Assembly (NCBI RefSeq): GCF_009914755.1 | Contig: NC_060946.1 | Direction: 5' to 3' (one strand) | DNA: 64,000 bases | Source of the DNA: the human T2T-CHM13v2.0 reference genome, Homo sapiens | In this document: one piece after another, positions 43,701 through 54,750 of the stretch | How the letters are laid out: every line of letters begins with the position of its first letter | Position numbering within the stretch: position 1 is the first letter of the stretch | Notes under the pieces: model-generated | The model's input: the letters and a program-made list of their open reading frames with translations, nothing else | Told to the model about the DNA's origin: nothing | The model's database searches: none | Translations under genes and position numbers: made by a program

Positions 43701-46111
43701 AGTGGAGTTCAGTGGAGTGTATTGGAGTGCAGTGCAATGGAATGGAATGGAATGGAATGGAATGGAATGGAGTCTAGTGGAATGCAAAAGAATGTAATGG
43801 AGTAGTGTGGAGTGGACTGGAGTGCAATGGAATGGAATGGAGTGGAATGACATGGAATGGATTGGAATGGAACGGAACGGAATGGAGTGGAGTGAAATGG
43901 AATGAAGTGGATTGGAGTGGAATGGCCTGGAGAGGAAAGGAAAGAAATAGAATGGAATGGGGTGGAGGGAATGGAATGGGGTGGAGTGGAGATGAGTGGA
44001 GTGGAGTAGAATGGATTGGAGTGGAATGGACTGGAGTGGAGTGGAATGGAGTGCAGTGGTGTGGAGTGGATTAGAGAGGATTTTAATGGAGTGGAATGGA
44101 GAGAAATGCAGTGGAGTGGAATGGAATGGACTGAAGTGCAATGGAATGGAATGGAAACGAATGGAATTGAACGGAATGGAATGGAACGGAAAGGAACAGA
44201 TTGGAGTGGAGTGGATTGGAGTGGATTTGAGTGGAGTGGATCGGAGTGGTGTGGAATTTAATGGAATGGAATGGAAAGGAATGGAATGGAGTGGAGTGGA
44301 ATGGAATGGAGTGGAGTAGAGTGGAATGGAATGGAGTGGAGTAGAGTGGAATGGAATGGAATGAATTGGAATGGAATAGAGTGGAGTGGAAGGGAATGGA
44401 GTAGAGTGGAATGGAATGGAATGGAAAGAAATGGCATGGAACAGAACGGAATGGAATGGAAAGGAATGGAAAGGAGAGGAGTGGAGAGGTGTGGATTGGA
44501 GTTGAGTGGAGTGGATAGGAGTGCACTGGAATGGAATGGAATAGAATGGAATTGAATGGAATGGAATGGAAAGGAGTCGAGTGGAATGGAGTGGAGTGGC
44601 ATGGAGTGGAGGGAAGTAGAGTGTAGTGGAGTGTAGTGGAATGGAATGTAATTGAGTGGAGTGTAATGGAATGGAATGGTGAAATGAAATGTGTGCTAAG
44701 ATTCTGCCACTGCAATCCAGTCTGGGTGACAGAGTGAGATCCAGTCGAAATGATGGAAAGGAAGGGAGTAGAAAAGAAAGGAATGGAATGGAGTGGAGTG
44801 GAATGGAATGGAGTGGAATGGAATGGAGTTTAGTGGAATGGAGAAGAGTGGAATGGAATGGAGTGGAGTGGAATGGAATGGAGTGGAATGGAATGGAGTT
44901 TAGTGGAATGGAGTGGAGTGGAATGGAGTGGAGTGGAATGGAGTGGAGTGGAGTGGAATAAAATGAAATGGAATGGATTGGAATGGAAGGAATGGAGTGG
45001 TGTTAGTGAAACGGAGTGGAGTGGAGTGGAGTGGAGTGGAGTGGAATGGAGTGGAGTGGAATGGAATGGAGTAGAGCAGAGGGGAATGGAGTGGAATGGA
45101 ATGGAATGGAATGGAGAGGAATGGAGAAGAATGGAGTGGAATGTAATGGAGTGGAGTGGAGTGGATTGGAGTGGAGTGGAGTATATAGGAGTGGAATGGA
45201 GTGAAATGGAGTGGAGGGGACTGGAGTGGAGTGGAATGCAATTGAGTGGAATTGAAAGGAACGGAACAGCTGCAACAGAACGGAATGAAATGGAGTGAGT
45301 GGAGTGGAGTTGAGTGCAGTTGATCGGAGTGCAGTTGCATGGAATGGAATGGAATGGATTGAAATTGAGTGGAGCAGAGTGGAGTTTAGTGGACTGTAGT
45401 GGAATGGAGTGGAGTGGAGAGGACTGCAGTGGAGTTGAGTGGAATGGGGTGGAATTGAGTGGAGCAGAATGGAGTCGAGAGGAATGGAATGGAATGCAAT
45501 GGAATGGAACGGAAAGGAATGGAACAGAACGGAATGGAGTAGAGTGGAATGGAGTGGAGTTGAGTGTAGTGTAGTGGCGTGGAGTGGAATGGAATGGAAT
45601 AGAATGAAATGGAATGGAATGGTGAAATGAAATGTGAACTGATTGTGCCACTGCACTCCAGTATGTGTGACAGAGTGAGATCCAGTCAAAATAAAGGAAT
45701 GGAAGGAAATGGAGTAGAATGGAATGGAATGGAGTGGAGTGGAATGGAATGGAGTGGAATGAAATGGAATGGAGTGGAATAGAATGGAGTGGAGTGGAAT
45801 AGAATGGAATGGAGTGGAATGGAGTGAAATGGAATGGAGTGGAATGGAAGGAATGGAGTGGAATGGAGTGGAGTGGAGTTGAATGGAGTGGAGTGCACTG
45901 AGTGGAACGGATTGGACTGGAATGGAATGGAGTGGAATGGAATGTAATGGATTGGATTGGAATGAAATGGAATGGACTGGAATGCAATGGAGTGGAGTGG
46001 AGTGGATTGTAGTGGAGTGGAGTGGAGTGGGATGGAGTCGAATGGAGTGAAATGGAGTGGAGTGGAGTGGAATGAAATGGAATGGAATGGAACGGAATGG
46101 TGAAATGAAAT

Positions 46112-46175
46112 GTGAGCTGAGATTGTGCCACTGCACTCCAGCCTGGGTGACAGAGTGAGATCCTATGGAAAGATA
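46112..46175 (+). mobile_element. Alu 3' fragment cassette, first type B copy
   Basis: gtgagctgagattgtgccactgcactccagcctgggtgacagagtgagatcct; over its first ~49 nt it differs from the Alu consensus essentially only at CpG sites. Confidence 0.92.
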
Positions 46176-49100
46176 GGGAAGTAATGTTATGGAGTGTACT
46201 GGAATTGAATGGAATGGAATGTAGTGGAGTGGAGTGCAGTGGAATGGAGTGGAATGCAATGTGATTCAATGGAAAGGATCGGAGGGGAGTAGAGTGCAGT
46301 GGAATGGAGTGGAATGGAATGGGATGGAATGGAGAGGAGAGGAGAAAAGTGTAGTGGAGTCGAATGGAATGGAGTGGAGTGGAGTTGAGTGGACTGGAAT
46401 GGAATGGAGTGGAATGGAATGGAAAGGTGAAATGAAATGTGAGCTCAGATTGTGCCACTGTGCTCCAGCCTGTGTGAGACAGTGAGACCCTGTCGAAAGA
46501 AAGGGATGGAATGGAATGGTGTGGAATGGAAAGGAACGGAATTGAATGGAGTGGAGTGGAGTGGAATGGAGTGGGATGGAATGGGATGGAAAGGAATGTA
46601 ATGGTTTTGAATGGAGTGGAGTGGAGTGATGTGGAATGGAGTGGAATGTAATGGGATGGATTGGAATGGAGAGGACTGGAGTGGATTGGAATGGAATTGA
46701 ATGGAATGGAATGGAATGCAGTGGAGTGGAAAGGAGTTGAGGGCACTGGAATGCAATGTAATGGAACGGAATGGAATGGAATGGTGAAATTAAATATGAG
46801 ATGTGATTGTGCCACTGCACTCCAGCCTGTGTGACAGAGTGAGATGCTGTCAAAAGAAAGGAATGGAATGGAATGGAATGGAATGGAATGGAATGGAATG
46901 GAACAGAATGTAGAGGAGTGGAGTGGAGTGGATTGAGTAGAATGGAGAGGAATGGAATGGATTGGAATGAGATGGGATGGAATTGAATGGAATGTAGCAG
47001 AGTGGAGTGGACTGGAATGGAATGGAATGGAATGGACTGGAATGTAATGGAATGGAATGGCGTGGAGTGGAGTGGAGTGGAAAGGAATGGTTTTGAGTGG
47101 AATTGAATTGAGCGGAGGGTAGTGGAATGAAGTGGAGTGGAATTGAGTGGAATTGAAAGGATGGAATGGAATAGAGTGGAGTGGTTTGGAGTGGACTGGA
47201 GAGGAAGGGAGTTGAATGGAATGGGATGGAATGGAATGTAGTGGAGTGGAGTGGAATGGAATGGAATGGAGTGGAATGGAATGGAATGGAAAGGAATGGA
47301 ACGGAATTGAATGGTGATGTGAAATGTGAACTGAAATTGTGTTACTGCACTCCAGCCTGGGTGACAGAGTGAGATCCTGTCAAAAGAAAGGAATAGAATG
47401 GAATGGACTGGACTGGAATGGAATGGAATGGATTGGAATGGAATGGAATGGAATGGAATGGAGTGGAGTGGAGTGGAATGGAGTGGAATGTAATGGGATG
47501 GAATGACATGGAGTGGAGTGGCGTGGAGTGGAATGGAGTGGAGAGGAGTGGAATGGAATGGAATGGAATGGAATGGAATGGAATGGAATGGAGTGGAAAG
47601 GATATAGTGGAATGGAGTGGAATGGAACGGATTGGAATGCAGTGGAATGGAATGGTGAAACGAAATGTGAGCTGTGATTGTGCCACTGAACTCCAACCTG
47701 GGAGAGAGAGTGAGATCCTGTCGAAAGAAAGGAAAGGAACTGAATGAATGCAATGGAATTGAATGGAGTGGAATGGAGTGGAGTGGAGGGGACTGGAGTG
47801 GAGAGGAGTGGAGTGGCGTGGAATGGAGGGGACTGGAGTGGAGAGGAGTGGAGTGGAGGGGAATGGAGTGGTATGGAATGGATGGAGTGGAATGGAATAG
47901 AGTGGAGAGGAGTGGAGTGGAGTGGAATGGAGTGGAATGAAATGGGATCAAATGGAGTGAATTGGAGTGGAGTGGAGTGGAGTGGAATAGAATGGAATGG
48001 AATAGAATGGAATGGAATGGAATGGAATGGAATGGAATTCAATGGAATTCAATGGAATGGAATATAAAGGAATGGATTGGAATGGAATGGTGAAATGAAA
48101 TATGAACTGAAATTGTGTCACTGTACTCCAACCTGGGTGACAGAGTGAGATCCTCTCAAAAGAAAGAAATGGAATTGATTGCAGTATAATGGAATGTAAT
48201 GGAATGGAGTAAAGAGAAATGGAGTGGAGTTGAGTGGAATGCAGTCTAATGGAACCGGATGGAATGGAGTGGAGTGGTGTGGAGTGCAATGGAATGGAAT
48301 TGAATGGAAAGGAGTGGAATGGATATGGTGGAGTGGAGTAGAGTGGAAAGGAATGGAACGGAACGGAATGGAATGGAATGCAGTGGAAAGGAATGGTGAA
48401 ATGAAATGTGAGCTGAGATTGTGCCACTGCACTCCAGCCTGGGAGACAGGGTGAGATCCTGTAGAAAAAAAGGAATGGAACGGAATACAGTGTAACAGAA
48501 TGGAATGGAATGTAGTGGAGTGGAATGTAGTGGAATGGAATGGGATGGACTGGAATGGAGTGCAGTGGTGTAGAGTGGACAGAAGTGGTAGGGAGTTGAA
48601 TGGAATGAAGTGGAGTGGTGTGGAGTGGAGTGGAGTGGAAGGGAGTTGAATTTAATGGGATGGAATGGAATGGAGTGGAGGGCAGTGGAGTGGAATAAAA
48701 TGGAATAGAATGGAATGCAATGGAATGGAATGGAATGGAATGGAACGGTGAAATGAAATGTGAACTAAAATTGTGTTACTGCACTCCAGCCTGCGTGGCA
48801 GAGTGAGATCCTGTCAAAAGAAAGGAATGGAATGGAATGGAGTACAATGGAATGGAATGGAATGGAATAGAGTGGAGTGGAGTGGAGTGGAGTGGAGTGG
48901 AATGGATTGGAATGTAATGTAATGGAATCACATGGAGTGGAGTGGAGTGGCATGGTTTGGAATGGAGTGGAATGGAGTGGAATGGAATGGAGTGGAGTGG
49001 AGTGGAATGGAATGGAATGGAATAGAATGGAGTGGAATGTAATGGAGTGGAGAGTAGTGGATTGGGGTGGAGTGGATAGGAGTGGAATGGAGTGGAATGG

Positions 49101-50749
49101 AGTGAAATGGAATGGAGTTGACTGGAGTGGAGTGGAATGGAATGGAGTGGAATGGAAAGGAATGGAAAGAACTGGAACAGAACGGAATGAAACGGAGTGA
49201 GTGGAGTGGAATGGAGTTGAGTGGAGATGATCGGAGTGTAGTTGCATGGAATGGAATGGAATGGAATGGAGTGGAGTAGAGTGGAGTTTAGTTGATTGTA
49301 GTGGAATGGAGTGGAGTGAAGTGGAGAAGACTGCAGTGGAGTTGAGTGGAATGGAATGAAATTGAGTGGAATGGAGTGGAGAGGAATGGAATGGAATGGA
49401 TTGGAATGCAATGGAATGGAATGGAACAGAACGGAATGGAGTAGAGTGGAGTGGAGTGGAGTGGAGTGGAATGGAATGGAACAGAAAGGAATGGAGTGGA
49501 GTGGAGTGGAGTGGAGTGGAGTGGAGTGGAGTGGAATGGAATGACATGGAATGGAATGGAATGGAATGCAATGGAATGGAAAGGGGAAATGAAATGTGAG
49601 CTAAGATTGTGCCACTGCACTCCTGTCTGGGTGACAGAGGAAGATCCAGTCGAAATAATGGAATGGAAAAGAATGAAGTAGAATGGAATTGAATGGAGTG
49701 GACTGGAATGGAATGTAGTGGATTGGAGTATAGTGGAGTGGAATGGAGTGGAGTGGAATGGAGTGGAGTGGAATGGAGTGGAGAGGAGTGGAGTGGAATG
49801 GAGTTTAGTGGAATGGAAAGGAATGGAGTGGAAATGAACGGAATGGAGTGGAATGGACTGGAGTGGAGTGGAATGGATTGGAGTGGAATGAAGTGTTGTG
49901 GAATGGAGTGGAATGGAGTGGAATGGACGGGAATGGAATTGAATGGAATGGAATGAAGTGCATTGGAATGTAATGGAGTGGAGTGCAGTGGGTTGGAGTG
50001 GATTGGAGTGGAATGGAGTGCAGTGGAAAGGAGGGTAGTGGAAAGGATTAGAGTGGAATGGAACAGAATGGAACAAAATGGAACGGAATGGAATGGAGCG
50101 GAGTGGAGTGGAGTTGACTGGAGTGGATCAGAATGCATTGGAATGGAATGGAATGAAATGGAATGGAGTGTAGAGTCGTGGAGTGGAGAGGAGTGGATTG
50201 GAATGGAGTGGAGTGAAGTGGAGTGGAATGCAATGGAATGGAATAGAATGAAATGGAATGGAATGGTGAAATTAAATGTGAGCTAAGATTGTGCCACTGC
50301 ACTCCAGTATGTGTGACAAAGTGAGATCCAGTCGAAATAAAGGAATGGAACGAAATGGAGTATAATGGAATGGAATGGAGTGGAGTGGAATGGAATGGAG
50401 TGGAATCAAATGGAGTGGAGTGGAATGTATTAGAGTAGAATGGAGTGGAGTGGAATAGAGTGGAATGGAGTGGAATGGAGTGAAATGGAATGCAGTGGAG
50501 TGGAAGGAATCAAGTGGAATGGAGTGGAGTGGAGTCGAATGGAGTGGAGTGCTCTGAGTGTAATGGAGTGGAGTGGAATGGAATGGAGTGGAATGGAATG
50601 GAATGGTATGGACAGGAATGAAATGGAATAGAGTGGAATACAATCGAGTGGAGTGGAGTGGATTGGAGTGGAGTGGATTGGATTGGAATGGAGTGGAGTG
50701 GAATGGAGTCAAATGGAGTGAAATGGAGTGGAGTGGAGTGGAATGAAAT

Positions 50750-50927
50750 GGAATAGGAATGGAATGGAATGGAATGGAATGGAATGGAAATATGGAATGG
50801 AATGGAATGGAATGGAATGGAATGGAATGGAAATATGGAACGGAATGGAATGGAATGGAATGGAAATGAATGGAATGGAATGGAATGGAATGGAATGGAA
50901 TGGAATGGAATGGAATGGAATGGAATG
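50750..50927 (+). repeat. Nearly pure (GGAAT)n tract with GGAAATAT interruptions
   Basis: ~175 bp with no GGAGT; two ggaaatatgg interruptions (~50786, ~50830) and one ggaaatgaat. Confidence 0.8.
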
Positions 50928-53900
50928 GTGAAATGAAGTGTGAACTGAAATTGTGTTACTGCACTCCATCCTGGGTGACAGAGTGAGATCCTGTCAAAAG
51001 AAAGGAATAAAATGGAATGGATTAGAGTGGAACGGAATGGAATGGAATGGAATGGAATGGAATGGAATGGAATGGAATGGAATGGAATGGAGTGGAGTGG
51101 AGTGGAATGGAGTGGAATGTAATGGGATGGAATGACATGGAGTGGAGTGGCGTAGAGTGGAATGGAGTGGAGTGAAGTGTAATGTAATGGAGTGGAATGT
51201 ATATAGGGGAGTGGAGTGGAATGGAATGGAATGAAATGGAATGGATTGGAATGCAGTGGAATGGAATGGTGAAACGAAATGTGAGCTGAGATTGTGCCAC
51301 TGCACTCTAACCTGGGAGAGAGAATGAGATCCTGTCAAAAGAAAGTAATGGAACGGAATGGAGTGCAATGGAATTGAATGGAGTGGAATGGAGTGGACTG
51401 GAGTAGACTGGAGTGGAGAGGAGTGGAGTGGAGGGGAATGGAATGGTATTGAATGGATGGAATAGAATGGAATGGAGTGGAGAGGAGTGGAGTGGAGCGG
51501 AATGGAGTGGAATGGAATGGGATAGAATGGAGTGAATTGGAGTGGAGTGGAATGGAGTGGAATAGAATGGAATGGAATGGAATGGAATTTAATGGAATGG
51601 AATGGAAAGGAATGGAATGGATTGGAATGGTGAAATGAAATGTGAACTGAAACTTTGTCACTGCACTCCAGCCTGGGTGACAGAGTGAGATCCTCTCAAA
51701 ACAAAGAAATGGAATTGATTGGAGTATAAAGGAATGTAATGGAATGGAGTAGAGTGAAATGGAGTGGAGTTGAGTGGAATGGAGTCTAATGGAACCGGAT
51801 GGAATGGAGTGGAGTGGTGCGGAGTGCAGTGGAATGGAAATGAATGGAATGGAGTGGAATGGAATGGAATGGAACACAGTGGAAGGGATTGGTGAAATGA
51901 AATGTGAGCTGAGATTGTGCCACTGTACCCCAGCCTGGGAGACAGGGTGAGATCCTGTAGAAAGAAAGGAATGGAACGGAATGGAGTGTAATGGAATGGA
52001 ATGGAATGTAGTGGAATGGAACGGAATGGAGTGTAATGGAATGGAATGGAATGTAGTGGAATGGAATGGAGTGGAATGGAATGGGATGGAATGGAATGGA
52101 GTGCAGTGGTTTGGAGTGGACTGAAGTGGAAGGGAGTTGAATGGAATGGAGTGAAGTGGTGTGGAATGGACTGGAGTGGAAGGGAGTTGAATGGAGTGGG
52201 ATGGAATGGAATACAGTGGAGTGCAGTGAAGTGGGGTGGAATAGAATGGAATGGAATGGAATGGAATGGAATGGAATGGAATGGAATGGAATGGAATGGT
52301 GAAATTAAATGTGAACTGAAATTGTGTTGCTGCACTCCAGCCTGGGTGACAGAGTGAGATCCTGTCAAAAGAAAGGAATGGAATGGAATGGAGTAGAATG
52401 GAATGGAATGGAATGGAATGGAATGGAATGGAATGGAATGGAGTGGAGTGGAGTGGAGTGGAATGGAGTGGAATGGAGGGGAATGTAATGGGATGGAATG
52501 ACATGGAGTGGAGTGGCGTGGATTGGAATGGAGTGGAGTGGAGTCGAATGGAATAGAGTGGAATGGATATAGTGGTGTGGAGTGGAATGGAATGCAGTGG
52601 AATGGAATAGAATGCAGAAGAGTGGAGTGGAGTGGAATGGAATGTAATGGAATGGAAAGGAATGCAATGTAATGGAATGCAATGGAATGGTGAAATGAAA
52701 TGAGAACTGAGATTGTGCCACTGTACTCCATCCTGGTTGACAGAGTGAGATCCTGTCGAAAGAAAGGAATGGAATGGAAAGGAGTGTAGTGGAATGGAAT
52801 GGAGTGGAGTGAAGTGGAGTGGATTGGAGTGAATAGAATGGGATGGAGTGGAATGGAATGGAGTGGATAGGAGTGGAGTGGAGTTGAGTGGAGTGGATTG
52901 GAGTGGATTGGAGTGGAATGGAATGGGATGGAATGGAAAGGAGTGGATTGGAGTGGCATGGAATGGAGTGGAATGGAATGGGATGGAATGGAATGGAGTG
53001 CAGTGGAGTGAAGTGGAGTGGAGTGGAGTGGAATGGAATCGAATGGAATTTAAAAGAATGGAATGGAATGAAAAGGAATGGAATGCTATGGTGAAATGAA
53101 ATGTGAGCTGAGACTGTCCGACTGTACTCCATCCTGGGTGACAGAGTGAGATCCTGTCTTAAGAAAGGAAAGGAATGGAATGGATTGGAAAATAATGGAG
53201 AGGAATGGAATGTAGTGGAGTGGGTGGAGTGGAGTGGAGTGGACTGGAGTGGAGTAAAGTGGAGTGGAGGGGAATGGAGTGGAATAGAATGGGATGGACT
53301 GGAATGGAATGAAGTGGAGTGGAGTGGAGTGGAGTCGACTGGAGTGCAGAGAAGTGGAATGGAGTGGAATGGAAAGCAATGGAATGGACTCGAGTGGAGT
53401 GGAGTGGAATGGAGTGTAGTGGAATGCAATGGAATGGAATGGAATAGAATGTGATGGAATGCAATGGAATAAAATGGTGAAATGAAATATGAGCTGAGAT
53501 TGTGCCATGGCACTCCAGCCGGGGTGTGAGAGTGAGATCCTGTCAAAAGAAAGGAAAGGAGTGGAAAGGAGTGGAATGGAATAGAATGGAGTGGAGTGGA
53601 GTGTAGTAGAGTGGAGTGGAATGGAATGCGATGGAGTGGAATGGAGTGGAGTGAACAGGAGTGGACTGGATTGGAGTAAAGTGCAGTGAAGTGGAGGGGA
53701 GTGGAGTGGAGGGGATTGGAGTGGAATAGAATGGGATGGATTGGAATGGAATGGAATGTAGCTGACTGGAGTGGAGTGTATTGTAGTGGAATGGAGTGGA
53801 GTGGAATTGAATAGAATGGAGCGGAGTTAAATGGAGTGAAGTGGAGTGGAGTGGAATGGAATGGAATGGAATGGAATTGAACGGAATGGAAAGGAAAGGA

Positions 53901-54660
53901 ATGGAATGGAATGGAATGCAATGGAATGGAATGGAGTGGAATGCAATGGAATGAAATGGAATAGAATGGTGAAATAAAATGTGAGCTGAGATTGTGCCAC
54001 AGCACTCCAACCTGGGTGTGACTGTGAGATCCTGTCGAAAGAAAGGAAGGGAATGGAATAGAATGGAGTGGAGTGGAGTTGATGGGAGTGGAATAGAGTG
54101 GAATTGAATGGGATGGAGTGGAATGGAGTGGAGTGAAGTGGAGTGGAATGGAGTGGAATTGAATGGGATGGAATGGAATGGAGTGGAGTGGAGTGGAATG
54201 GAATAGGATGGAACAGAATGGAGTGCATTGCAGTGGAGTGGAGAGGAGTGGAACAGAGTGGAGTGGACTGGAGTGGAGTAGAATGGAATGGAATAGAATG
54301 GAATGGACTCGTGAAATGAAATATGAGCTGCAATTGTGCCACTGCACTCCAGCCTGGGTAACAGAGTGAGATCCTCTCAAAGAAAGGAATGGAATCGAAT
54401 GGAGTGGATTGGAATGGAGTGGAATGGAGTGTAGTGGAGTGGAGTGGAGTTGAGTGGAGTGCACTGGAGTGGAATGGAGTGGAATGGAATGGTGAAATGA
54501 AATGTAAGATGAGATTGTGCTACTGCACTCCAGCTTGTGTCACAGAGTGAGATCCTGTCAAAAGAAGGGAATGGATTGCAGTGAAGTGGAATTGAAAGGA
54601 ATGGAATGGAATGGAATGGAATGGAATGGAATGGAATGGAATGGAATGGAATGGAATGGA

Positions 54661-54750
54661 ATGGGATGGGATGGGATGGGATGGGATGGGATGGGATGGG
54701 ATGGAATGGAATGGGATGGGATGGAATGGAGTGGAATGGGATGGGATGGA
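54661..54750 (+). repeat. (ATGGG)n microsatellite expansion
   Basis: (atggg)8 at 54661-54700, followed by further gggat units. Confidence 0.9.

Larger units (their letters stand above)
1..46100 (+). repeat. HSat3 domain A (cassette type GAGCTAAGATT...CCAGTCTGGG...GATCCAGTCGAAATAAAG; recurrent GGATCRGAGTGCAGT sub-motif)
   Basis: 38 cassettes with shared diagnostics ctAagatt, ccagTctggg, gatccAgtcgaaataaag; mean spacing ~1.2 kb; frequent GGAGTTGAGTGGAGTGGATCGGAGTGCAGTGGAATGG landmark (e.g. ~5051, ~23911, ~37680, ~41865). Confidence 0.85.

Noticed and set aside
47300-52700. ~3.55-kb offset resembling the DYZ1 repeat length
   Set aside because: Only two copies separated by a type-A island, and the GGAGT/Alu-cassette composition differs from DYZ1; likely coincidence. 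The chromosome cannot be assigned from this window alone.
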